This document shows positions 44,321 to 53,381 of a DNA stretch of 64,000 bases, piece after piece. The first letter of the stretch is position 1, and each line of letters opens with the position of its first letter. The stretch lies in the sequence record PV472050.1. One strand, given 5' to 3'. Under the pieces are notes generated by a model. It searched no databases. It saw nothing but the letters and a program-made list of their open reading frames with translations, and had not been told where the DNA came from. A program made the position numbers and the translations under genes.

Positions 44321-47293
44321 TTAAGCAAAGGGATTGGTATCGGGACTGTTCTCTTCAGGATTGGTCCCATCCTCATTGCCTTCTTCACCCTCAGGAGAGG
44401 TTTCTTCTTCCTCCTCTCCTTCAGTACCTGCTTCAGAACCTTCCTCTTCCTCTATACCTTCCGGTTCTTCCTCTTCCCCGGGAGGGGTATTCTCTAAGGC
44501 GTTCTGATCCCCTTCAGGGAGATTCGCCTTATCCCTGGCTTCTTGAAGGTCTTTATCAGCCTTATCGATCTTCTTGGCGTGTGCCTTAATGACCTTAGCG
44601 TCCGCATCACGAGTCCCCGCAATCAGGGCTGCCAGGAACTCCCCGACATTTTGACGCTGACTCACAACGGCGTTCACCAAGGAAGCAAGACCACCACCCT
44701 TACCATCGTTAAGGATGTCGTCAAATGGCATCGGGAGGTTATAGCGCCTGAAGGCTTCAACCGTGAGCACTGACTTCACTTGCTCGTTAATCGCTGTCAG
44801 GTTCTTGTTATTCCCTTCTCCATCATCGGATTCGGGAATACCCAAGAGCTCAGCAATCTGTTTCAGGTTACCCGAATGACCTGCCATAGCGACCCACGAC
44901 TCCACCAGCTGACTCACCGTATCCAAACTGTCCTTGAGCTTAGCAGTCGTTTCAACAGAACTGGGGATCGGGAAGTGGGCTTTAAGGTTAGTCAAGAAGT
45001 CAACGAGAATGATTTTAATGATCTCTTCGTCAGACCCTTCCAGTTTCTCCTTACTGTCCGGTGACCAGAGTTTCTTATTCTCCGAGATCTTCGTCACCAA
45101 CTTCTTCATTAAAGGCCCGTTCACGTGAGCATGCTTACGTTCGAAGTCAATAATGAAGTCTGCCAGGCGTTCTTGCCAGTTAACGATTTGGTTCAGGAGC
45201 ATCTGGTGTTCAGCCAGGGCCTCAATCTGGAAGTTGTTCTGATCGTCACTGACATCCAACCAACTCCGAGACAGGTGGAAGTAGTTGGCGATCTTGTTCA
45301 ACAGCTCCGTACGACTATTCTGATCGACCGGACGGAAGATGTTCTTTTCCAATTGATCGAGCTGAATATCCGAGGCGGGGAAGTAAGGGTTCTCGCCCGC
45401 ATTGACTTTAACCGTTAAGGAGTTCTCCCTCAAGGTATCCACAATCATGGGGACTGACAGTTGAGATGTTGAGAGAATACTGTGCAACCGTGGGTTCGCT
45501 TCAAAGAACGCCGCCCTGGTCGCCGCAATCCCCGCAAAAGGCTCTGCGTCGTTCTCCTGGAGGTTAATCGTCATTTGGGTGTGGGGTGTAGCCGCCTCCA
45601 GGTTCGCCAACGCGTCAGCGAGGTCTAAGGCCGCTAAACGGGCAATGTGCATTTTAGCCATTTGAGTCAACGACTGACCAATCCCTAAACGGTTATAGTT
45701 CAGGGCCATATAGGTCATCGCTTCCCCAGGCACATACAAGCACCGAATCCCCTGTCTCCGGAAAATGCGTTGTAGGAAGATCTTGTTGGCTTCCTCGTCG
45801 ATCTCAATACTGATGTTCTCCCCACGACCACTGAGGACTGACTGCATGTACCGTCGAATGATATTCGATTTCGAGATCTCAATGAACTCGGTCATATCGA
45901 AATCACATTCTTTCCCTTCTTGGATTTGACGAAGCTGTTGAACCAGGTTGTTCGTACTACCGTTTTTAGGGCGGTTAGCAATCATACTGGCATTGCTTCG
46001 GTTACTCTGGTAGTACTCGAAGTCATTCGTATTCTTCAGGAAACTCCCATCCCGAGGATCCGTGAGTAGGATAAAATCCGTTTGAGTTCCATTACTCCCG
46101 TTAATGTGAATCGGAATCACCGCTTCACTGGGAACCTTGTAGGTAATCCCCCGTCCATAGGGTGCGATCTTCAAGGCATCGACGGGTTTACTGAATTGAA
46201 TGATCTGACTCACCGGATTCCGTTGAGGGAACAAACGGTTACTCAACTCGTTCAATTCACCTTCCGTTAAGTTAACGGTAGTGGCTTGAGGATCAGCAGG
46301 CTTCTTACGTTTGCGTTTCTTACCATCCGCATCCGTATAGTGCTGTTGATCATCTCCAGGGTTCGTACGAGCCACCAGAGCGGTTTGGATAATAAGGTCC
46401 AACCCTTCCGCTCCCGTTACCGCGGCAACATTCGACCGACGTTTACTTTCCTCGAACTTCTGGAGGTACAAGACCGCTGGGTTATCGGTCAGGGTAATAT
46501 CAATCAGCTGAGCCAATTCCTTCGAGACAGAGTCTTTATCGTCTTCAAAGATATTGAATTCCACTCCAGCATTCTGAGAAGAAGGGTTCAGGAAAAGGGA
46601 TTCTAGACCACTGACGGTGTTATTTGTATTATGACGGGTTCTATTACCGACAAAGACACCTTTGTTCTTCACCCGGACTTTACCGTCGACGACTACGAAC
46701 TCATGACTTAGCATCTCTTTAGCCTGGGTCATGAACTGTTCGTTACCGGCAACATCCCCGGATTGCTCCGCACCGTTGATCAAATAATCGAGACCTGGGC
46801 GACTCAAGTTAAACAGCACATAACTCCCGGTATTGAAGAGAATATCCGCGATCATTTCCCTCAAATCTTTCTCGATCTTATAGTCATTGGTATAGTAGCC
46901 ATCCCAGATGGTGAGGAGTTCATCATGCAATTTTGCATTTTTAATAGGGGACGGCTGGGTGTCGTAGGTGAGGATCTTGTCTTGCTTCCCATTGGGGTAG
47001 AGTAGACACGTCTGCCAGATCAAGGTGGCTTTGTCGATATACGGCGTGATTAACCGCAAATCAGTAGCCGCGTTAATGTTGTTGCTGATGATATTACTCA
47101 GCTTTTCCAGTTTGTAAGGGTTAACCGTCCGATGACCGTTGATCTCATCCCGTTCAGGGGATGAACCGTTACGAGGCGTAGCATTACGCAGGGTCGCTGC
47201 AACCACTGGGTTTTGAGTCGTCAACGATTTACGCAAAGCAGCAAAATCCACCTGCGTGTTACCCTTGGACTGTCTACGAGATGTATCGACCAT
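44321..47293 (-). CDS. Portal protein (phiKZ gp129-like), about 990 aa
   Basis: The size fits, the C-terminal tail is very acidic, and there are internal G-x-E sites (AGNE, SGLE, TGAE). It is arranged head-to-head with the baseplate gene as in phiKZ-like phages. The start is ATG 47293 or 47323. Confidence 0.75.
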   Translation of the reverse strand: MVDTSRRQSKGNTQVDFAALRKSLTTQNPVVAATLRNATPRNGSSPERDEINGHRTVNPYKLEKLSNIISNNINAATDLRLITPYIDKATLIWQTCLLYPNGKQDKILTYDTQPSPIKNAKLHDELLTIWDGYYTNDYKIEKDLREMIADILFNTGSYVLFNLSRPGLDYLINGAEQSGDVAGNEQFMTQAKEMLSHEFVVVDGKVRVKNKGVFVGNRTRHNTNNTVSGLESLFLNPSSQNAGVEFNIFEDDKDSVSKELAQLIDITLTDNPAVLYLQKFEESKRRSNVAAVTGAEGLDLIIQTALVARTNPGDDQQHYTDADGKKRKRKKPADPQATTVNLTEGELNELSNRLFPQRNPVSQIIQFSKPVDALKIAPYGRGITYKVPSEAVIPIHINGSNGTQTDFILLTDPRDGSFLKNTNDFEYYQSNRSNASMIANRPKNGSTNNLVQQLRQIQEGKECDFDMTEFIEISKSNIIRRYMQSVLSGRGENISIEIDEEANKIFLQRIFRRQGIRCLYVPGEAMTYMALNYNRLGIGQSLTQMAKMHIARLAALDLADALANLEAATPHTQMTINLQENDAEPFAGIAATRAAFFEANPRLHSILSTSQLSVPMIVDTLRENSLTVKVNAGENPYFPASDIQLDQLEKNIFRPVDQNSRTELLNKIANYFHLSRSWLDVSDDQNNFQIEALAEHQMLLNQIVNWQERLADFIIDFERKHAHVNGPLMKKLVTKISENKKLWSPDSKEKLEGSDEEIIKIILVDFLTNLKAHFPIPSSVETTAKLKDSLDTVSQLVESWVAMAGHSGNLKQIAELLGIPESDDGEGNNKNLTAINEQVKSVLTVEAFRRYNLPMPFDDILNDGKGGGLASLVNAVVSQRQNVGEFLAALIAGTRDADAKVIKAHAKKIDKADKDLQEARDKANLPEGDQNALENTPPGEEEEPEGIEEEEGSEAGTEGEEEEETSPEGEEGNEDGTNPEENSPDTNPFA

Positions 47294-47315
47294 TCTTAAC
47301 CTCTTCGAGCGAACT

Positions 47316-49544
47316 ATGGACAATATTGAATTTAATGCTTATCTGACTGACGTGTTTCGTCTAGTCAGAACCATGGTCATCAAAATAGAAGCCATCGCCC
47401 TACGGGATAACAAAGTCCTGGAGGAAGCGGGTTATCCTGTCGGGTTGGATAAAAGGACCTGGCGGTACTACATGAACCTGAATGGGGACTACCACCCCAA
47501 TGATCAGATCATGACTATTACGTCGATTGATACCGGTGACGAAATTGTCTTCAATAAAGACAACTTGGTGACCCATTTAGCGACGGCCAGGGAGTATGCT
47601 ACCGGGGGGTATTGGTTCAATCGCTTGGTTGAACGGTACCCGGGACAAGCCGAATTGATTCGCGGCATTATTGCACCGATCCCCTACGAGGAGACCATAG
47701 AGGCCGAGGACTATAAGATCCTCAAATACAATAAGGCTTTGGTACAGTGGAATGAGGACCAATTGATCCCTCAACTCCAAGCTTGGATCTACAGTGAAGT
47801 GGAACAAGTCTTCCGCCACGAATACCGGTTAACAGATGACTTGATGCTCCCTTTCGGGATTATGTTGCTGTATGCTGACCTGTTCAAAGCCATTTGTACC
47901 ATTCGGCATGAAGCCATTGGGACGCGGTATGCTCACGATTTCTATATTTGGAGTCACATTGATTCCTACGGAGCGTTCTCCAAGTACAAGGAAAGTTTAG
48001 ACCGGTATCAAACCATGTGGTTGTACCGCAACATTGCGTGGATTGATAACAACCCCGGTCAGCAGTATACCTTTGGGAAGTTGATGGACAACCTCCTGAC
48101 CCACGCTCGTATTCCCCTGGCCAAGTTCGATATGGTGGAGAATACAGCGAATCAGTTGGAAGAATTGGTTCCCAATCCCCTGTACCGTAGACTCCAGCTT
48201 AACTTGCAGGAAGACTACGGTCGAGAAGCCACGTTTATCGATACCCAACACATGATCGATAAACAACAACCCTTGGCAAAAGAGAACCCTAATCAAGCGT
48301 CCATGTACTATCACGACGCGTTGCAGAAAGGGAAACACAGTAACCATTCTGAACTGCCCACGAAGACGTTGGAATCCAAAATGATGGATTACACCAACCG
48401 TCACATCGATACCAAGATGTCGGTGGTCTTTAATGAATGGATCTACTTAACCGCTAAGGGGTACTTTAAAGGACGTATTCTGGTTACCGATCCTAAATCC
48501 GGTAAACAGGTCAGACTCCCGGTTGGGGATGCCTACTACGTGTGGCGGTACTTGGTGGACTTCGCCAGGGATCAAAAACCGGTCAACATCTGTCCGGCGT
48601 ATTACCACAACGTATTAAAAGCGGTTCCTCCCACCCTGGAAGCCTTGATTGATATTGGGGGTCCTTCGTTCATTACGCCGATTATGGCGTATGACGTCCG
48701 TAACGTGTGGATTCCGGTGAACACCTTTATTGCACCGGAATACCTCATGGCGTATTCTGAAGAAGTCTACGCACTCATGTGGAAACACAAGAAAATGTCG
48801 AGTCAGTTCTACGACTTGAACATGCGTGCGCGGATGGAGAACACCACGAAGTTCATGTACGAGTCTGGAATCGCCACGATCACGGACCTGACTACCTACC
48901 AACAACTCCTGAACCGGTATGAGTTCGACTTTACGGAATACACTCCGGAAGAAGCCCGTAACTTTGCCTGGGAGATCTTCAAACGCATCACAGGTTGGGA
49001 CAGCAACAATAACCCGTCCTTGAGGATTAAACAGTCAAACCTCATTGATATCATGATGCAGCTGTCGTCTTACACCATCCAGGTCATTAAGGAAATCGAT
49101 GACGGCACGGACTTAACGGAGCTCCCCAGTGAGATCTTTATTGGGGATCCCCGGTGGATTGGGAAGGGAAATGGCGCCTTCGGGGATTACACCCATGTTC
49201 AGATGGATATTCCCACTCATTTCGATGGTGTTCGTACCGTTGAAGAGGTTCATCCCCTGGTTGAACCTATGGTCCCTGAGGTGGCAGCGATTGCAGAAGG
49301 GTATGGAGTAGCGCGTAGTGATGATATCTTTGAACGGGTGGATCTCAGTACCAAACTGTTGGACTACGCGGTTCGGATAATCGATGACTCCTATTTCAGG
49401 CTGTTACCAGCAGATCGTATGGGCCTCCCTGAAACTAATTACGGGCGTCTGGTATTTAAAGAGCTGCATAAGGAAACCCCTGTAGGTCCAGCGGACTATG
49501 GTCGCCTGGTGTTTAAGGAGCTGAGTCCCCCCGACGGTGATTGA
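47316..49544 (+). CDS. Baseplate/virion structural protein (phiKZ gp128-like), 742 aa, with a truncated C-terminal repeat region
   Basis: 'WRYYMNLNGDYH' and 'SLDTxEEIVF'-like motifs near the N-terminus are recalled from jumbo-phage baseplate proteins. It is divergent from the portal gene. Confidence 0.65.
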   Translation: MDNIEFNAYLTDVFRLVRTMVIKIEAIALRDNKVLEEAGYPVGLDKRTWRYYMNLNGDYHPNDQIMTITSIDTGDEIVFNKDNLVTHLATAREYATGGYWFNRLVERYPGQAELIRGIIAPIPYEETIEAEDYKILKYNKALVQWNEDQLIPQLQAWIYSEVEQVFRHEYRLTDDLMLPFGIMLLYADLFKAICTIRHEAIGTRYAHDFYIWSHIDSYGAFSKYKESLDRYQTMWLYRNIAWIDNNPGQQYTFGKLMDNLLTHARIPLAKFDMVENTANQLEELVPNPLYRRLQLNLQEDYGREATFIDTQHMIDKQQPLAKENPNQASMYYHDALQKGKHSNHSELPTKTLESKMMDYTNRHIDTKMSVVFNEWIYLTAKGYFKGRILVTDPKSGKQVRLPVGDAYYVWRYLVDFARDQKPVNICPAYYHNVLKAVPPTLEALIDIGGPSFITPIMAYDVRNVWIPVNTFIAPEYLMAYSEEVYALMWKHKKMSSQFYDLNMRARMENTTKFMYESGIATITDLTTYQQLLNRYEFDFTEYTPEEARNFAWEIFKRITGWDSNNNPSLRIKQSNLIDIMMQLSSYTIQVIKEIDDGTDLTELPSEIFIGDPRWIGKGNGAFGDYTHVQMDIPTHFDGVRTVEEVHPLVEPMVPEVAAIAEGYGVARSDDIFERVDLSTKLLDYAVRIIDDSYFRLLPADRMGLPETNYGRLVFKELHKETPVGPADYGRLVFKELSPPDGD

Positions 49545-49657
49545 CCCAGCCAACTACGGCAAACTGGTCTTAAGAGGGCCGGTTAAGGCGATCACTCTTA
49601 CTGCCGCGGAAGACTTCTATTTAAAGACTTTAATAAGGACTAAAGGAGAAGAGTCTA

Positions 49658-50056
49658 ATGACCAAAGAGTTGAGACTCATTAAGGAGTCTTTTTGTCGTC
49701 TTCACGGGTTAGATAAGGCAACGGCCTTGAACATTGAGTATCAAGGCCGTAATCCCGCCACCCTCAATGCGGTGTTTATCCTTCACGGGGACGGCATCCC
49801 TTGCACACGGTATGAGCACGAACGCATCAGTTTGACACCCCACACCCTGAATCGTTCCCTGGACCTTGACAGCAGTCTTAAACTCCACCGTTCTGATATT
49901 AACGCTGAGATGATCAGCGCTTGGTTTAATACCCATACGAACGAATCCCTGCTGCCCCAGGACGTGGGTAAACTCATTATTGGAGACCGCGTAACAGTGA
50001 TCTGTTCCACGGATTCTATGCGCTTTAAGCACTCCTTTTCGATGGCTTTTAAATAG
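49658..50056 (+). CDS. Hypothetical virion protein (132 aa)
   Basis: AGGAG RBS upstream; lies in the structural operon. Confidence 0.6.
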   Translation: MTKELRLIKESFCRLHGLDKATALNIEYQGRNPATLNAVFILHGDGIPCTRYEHERISLTPHTLNRSLDLDSSLKLHRSDINAEMISAWFNTHTNESLLPQDVGKLIIGDRVTVICSTDSMRFKHSFSMAFK

Positions 50057-50064
50057 GAATCACC

Positions 50065-51012
50065 ATGGCACTTTCTGCTAATGAACTCCAGGATCAGAAT
50101 CGATCTGAGGTTCCCGCTCAGACGACCACGAATACCTCCATGGGTAATCTGATCGCGAAATGTATCGTCACTGGTCAACCGATTACCATTCCCAAGTACA
50201 CCACGCTCAATGAGCATTATGGTATTCTGGCTGAAGAATCCCTGGGAAGTAAGAATTCCCGAGATTTCTACTTGAAGTATTTCGGGATTGGTGTAAGGGG
50301 ATCCAACTGTGATGGTAAAGACAGTCGGGGGGTCAGTCGATTGAAGGTGAACCAACACCAACCGATTGACATGAACCTGTTTACACCCGTTCCCTTTATT
50401 GCACGTCCTTTGGACGCCCCTTTGGACAACCTTAACCGCGAGAAGTTTCGTATGAGGACCGTGGAGGCTAGAAACGGTATTCCTTACGAGTTCTATTGGT
50501 TGAAGTTGGTTAATTTCGATAACTATAATCCAACCGAAAACAAGATCACTCGTGATCCTGTAACCGGTCTGGAGGATGTTAAACCTTACATTCACCGTAA
50601 AGACGACCTGGATAACCCACAACCGGTTGACTTTACCAGTGAGGGTAACATTCCTGTCAGCAATGAGTACATTAACAGTTCGGCTATTTTGGACTGTTCG
50701 TTGACTCAATCTGATTTGCGTGAGATTTCACAAGCCTGCAAAATCTACTACGGGGATGCGGGATACGCATCCATTAACGAAGTGGGTGTTGCCTATGGGA
50801 TTGATACTCAATTCCGTGGGGAGATTGCTGGAGGCGCAACCATCCAGTATACCGAGGTCATGAGTGCAGTCTTTGCTCACTACATGACCGAGCGTGATGG
50901 TCGCAATGCGCTCTCTAACATCAAGATCCAGCTTGCGTTTGACCACGGTGCAAGCGCGCCCATGCTCTTGCATACCAACTCAACTCAACCCCCAACTGGA
51001 CAAGGAAACTGA
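50065..51012 (+). CDS. Virion/baseplate protein (phiKZ gp127-like), 315 aa
   Basis: 'LKYFGIGVRG', 'PVPFIARPL' and 'INEVGVAYG' resemble the jumbo-phage wedge/tail-collar-like proteins. The assignment also rests on synteny. Confidence 0.55.
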   Translation: MALSANELQDQNRSEVPAQTTTNTSMGNLIAKCIVTGQPITIPKYTTLNEHYGILAEESLGSKNSRDFYLKYFGIGVRGSNCDGKDSRGVSRLKVNQHQPIDMNLFTPVPFIARPLDAPLDNLNREKFRMRTVEARNGIPYEFYWLKLVNFDNYNPTENKITRDPVTGLEDVKPYIHRKDDLDNPQPVDFTSEGNIPVSNEYINSSAILDCSLTQSDLREISQACKIYYGDAGYASINEVGVAYGIDTQFRGEIAGGATIQYTEVMSAVFAHYMTERDGRNALSNIKIQLAFDHGASAPMLLHTNSTQPPTGQGN

Positions 51013-51015
51013 CCC

Positions 51016-51648
51016 ATGGAAATCCCAGCTATACTAAAAGGAGAAGTTCACCTTCCACTGGTTGAGAATATGACGGCAGGTCAGGCAATTGAGATAGCCA
51101 ACGCCTTCTATCAAACCACCCTGAAACCGGAAGACTTCAAGGAAGCCCAAGCCATCGTTGATGGTGATAAAGTCATTCTGGACCTGCTCGACCCTGTGAC
51201 GGGTGAGGTTGTGGTGCATTTCGTCAACAAAGCGGGTGTTACACGTAAGCCGCTGGACGATACCACCCTGGTCAATCCCATGGCGGCGGTCGTGAATGCC
51301 GATGAGAACATCATCTGGGCGGGTCCACCGGAGTTTGTGGGGAGTGTCACGGAGCTGGATTGGCTGCGGTATATTACCGACGCGCCACCCCCCATGACAC
51401 CTGATCCGATGGACTATGCCAAACGGATGGCCACTCTGTTGAATCAGTACAACATTGCGGGTGGTCGGTGGACCAATAACTGGAGTGCGGACCTTCCGCG
51501 CTCTGTAACGGCCTTCCACGTGGCATATCGTGGTGACGCCCAATGGGCTCCGTCCAAGTTCATGTTGAATGATCTTGTGTCTGAGTTCATCGTGGTGATT
51601 TACCTACCCTACGCCCACCCCGCCTGTTACGTGTGCTTTGCGTCCTAA
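51016..51648 (+). CDS. Hypothetical protein (210 aa)
   Basis: Co-oriented ORF with an AAGGA RBS. Confidence 0.6.
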   Translation: MEIPAILKGEVHLPLVENMTAGQAIEIANAFYQTTLKPEDFKEAQAIVDGDKVILDLLDPVTGEVVVHFVNKAGVTRKPLDDTTLVNPMAAVVNADENIIWAGPPEFVGSVTELDWLRYITDAPPPMTPDPMDYAKRMATLLNQYNIAGGRWTNNWSADLPRSVTAFHVAYRGDAQWAPSKFMLNDLVSEFIVVIYLPYAHPACYVCFAS

Positions 51649-52223
51649 AGCCCTCTGATAGTGTACGGGTCTTAGCTATAGACCCGTCTACTACCTGTAT
51701 GGGGGTGAGTGTCTTCGACATCAATATTGCTAAAGCTGAACCGTTTAAGTTGATTTACGCGAACACGATCTTTGGTAATAAGTTGTTGTTTGACATTCCA
51801 GCACAATTTGATGATCGCGCGGACACTGGTATTGCGGCAAGAAGTTACGGTATGGCGCGCAGTTTAAGTCAACTGTTAGCTATCTTCGAACCCGACAGTG
51901 GGATCTGTGAGGATAACTTCCTCGGTATGTCTCCGCTTACATTTAAGCAGTTGATTCAAGTGGTCTCCTTGTTACGTGAAACCTTCGTTACCCACGGTAT
52001 TCATTTGTCGTATCTCCTCCCTCGTTTAGCTAAAGCCGTGGTGGGTGCAGATTTCAGTGGGAGTAAGAAGGAGGATGTTCATAAAGGGGTGATGGACTAT
52101 CCGTGGTTAGACGCCGGCGAGATTGATTTGACGGTTCTGGATGAACACTCCGCTGACAGTGTCGCTATCGGCCTCTATCGGTGTGAGCAGATCGCCCGGC
52201 ATTACGGTGTCTCAGAGAGGTGA
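51633..52223 (+). CDS. ruvC: RuvC-like Holliday junction resolvase
   Basis: The RNase H-fold catalytic pattern is present: 'VLAIDPSTTCMG' (D), 'ICEDNF' (E), 'KKEDV' and 'EHSADSVAIG' (D). Confidence 0.85.
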   Translation: MLCVLKPSDSVRVLAIDPSTTCMGVSVFDINIAKAEPFKLIYANTIFGNKLLFDIPAQFDDRADTGIAARSYGMARSLSQLLAIFEPDSGICEDNFLGMSPLTFKQLIQVVSLLRETFVTHGIHLSYLLPRLAKAVVGADFSGSKKEDVHKGVMDYPWLDAGEIDLTVLDEHSADSVAIGLYRCEQIARHYGVSER

Positions 52224-52227
52224 ACGT

Positions 52228-52599
52228 ATGACTGAAACAACTCAAGACGATGACCCAGAGCTACCCGCCAATTCTCCTCCTGTTGAAGGAGGAGTGGAAC
52301 GGGAGATCTTTGGTAAATGGAAAGTATTGTTGATTAACCTCGGTGGTATCCTTTCCGTGTTGGTGGTGTGTTTAACGGCACTGATTAACTCGTTTACTAT
52401 TTACCTGTCAGTAACCACCAATGGTAAATGGCCCAGTGAGATGAGTATGTTCATCATGATGGTGGGGCCGGTGATCTGTGCATGGGGGTGGATGAACGTT
52501 AACGGTACCTTAAAGACTATTATGTCTCAATCGGGGTTTAGTAACAAAATGAGAACCAAGGTGGCTGAGATCATTGCGCCTAAGCCCAAGACAGAATAA
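52228..52599 (+). CDS. Two-TM membrane protein, holin candidate (123 aa)
   Basis: It has two hydrophobic segments, an acidic N-terminus and a basic C-terminus, and lies next to the spanin candidates. Confidence 0.5.
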   Translation: MTETTQDDDPELPANSPPVEGGVEREIFGKWKVLLINLGGILSVLVVCLTALINSFTIYLSVTTNGKWPSEMSMFIMMVGPVICAWGWMNVNGTLKTIMSQSGFSNKMRTKVAEIIAPKPKTE

Positions 52600-52609
52600 A
52601 CCCAATAGG

Positions 52610-52647
52610 AATCCTACCTGTAGCCTGCAAAGGCTACAGGTAGGATT
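52610..52647. terminator. Bidirectional terminator-like hairpin (17 bp)
   Basis: AATCCTACCTGTAGCCT-GCAA-AGGCTACAGGTAGGATT lies between convergent genes. Confidence 0.8.
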
Positions 52648-52660
52648 TATCACGCGTCTG

Positions 52661-53110
52661 TCATTCAGGTAGAGCTAAACTCTCAATTAACACATTGATG
52701 TTATCAATCAACTGTGAAATGGTACGCTGGCTGGCGTATAACTTCATGTTGCTGTCATCCAAGGCCCGGGTCGTATTGATCAGCAGCACTCGGGTAACTC
52801 GATAACAGAGCTCTCGTGCCTCCCGAGAGGGTTTCTCCAAGCAGTCATACTCCAGCAGAAAGGTCGTTAAACTACTTAACTGACTAGGAGGCATCTCCGC
52901 GGGTGGGTTCTTGAGTTGAGGGAGCACTTGGGTCAGCCTTTCCTGAGCTGCCAGGACTTGCTTCCGGTACGTGTTGATCCTTACTTGCTCCGCTTGAACC
53001 TGGAGGATTGAGTTGGTCTCGGACAGTTTGGGGTTGTTGCTGCATCCCACTAGGATCAGGGATACTAGACAGATTAACATCCACCCCATACTTTTCAAGT
53101 AGTTTTGCAT
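52661..53110 (-). CDS. Outer-membrane lipoprotein, o-spanin (Rz1-like) candidate
   Basis: The signal peptide has the lipobox 'LILVGC' followed by SNNPK, and the periplasmic part has a Pro-rich hinge. It overlaps the 3' end of the i-spanin candidate. Confidence 0.7.
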   Translation of the reverse strand: MQNYLKSMGWMLICLVSLILVGCSNNPKLSETNSILQVQAEQVRINTYRKQVLAAQERLTQVLPQLKNPPAEMPPSQLSSLTTFLLEYDCLEKPSREARELCYRVTRVLLINTTRALDDSNMKLYASQRTISQLIDNINVLIESLALPE

Positions 53111-53345
53111 AGCCTGAGTTGTCCTCTTCAGTTCGCTGTTCCAACTGACGGGCGAGGGTTTGGGTTAAGGCGGCTGTGGCATTGGAATTGTTTTCCATGT
53201 TGTCAGCCACCCGTTGCAACTGGTTGGTAACGCGTTGAATCCCATTAACCGCTTCTACACTGATAGTGGGGTTACGTGGCACAATGGCCTGCCACGCGAC
53301 AACCGCCAGAATCAATATCAGAATCACGTCTCTTATCCATGTCAT
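52884..53345 (-). CDS. Inner-membrane i-spanin (Rz-like) candidate (153 aa)
   Basis: A single N-terminal TM segment is followed by a coiled coil. It overlaps the lipoprotein gene by 227 nt. Confidence 0.65.
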   Translation of the reverse strand: MTWIRDVILILILAVVAWQAIVPRNPTISVEAVNGIQRVTNQLQRVADNMENNSNATAALTQTLARQLEQRTEEDNSGYAKLLEKYGVDVNLSSIPDPSGMQQQPQTVRDQLNPPGSSGASKDQHVPEASPGSSGKADPSAPSTQEPTRGDAS

Positions 53346-53381
53346 AATGGATCCTCCCAACGGTATTGGGTTCATAACAGG

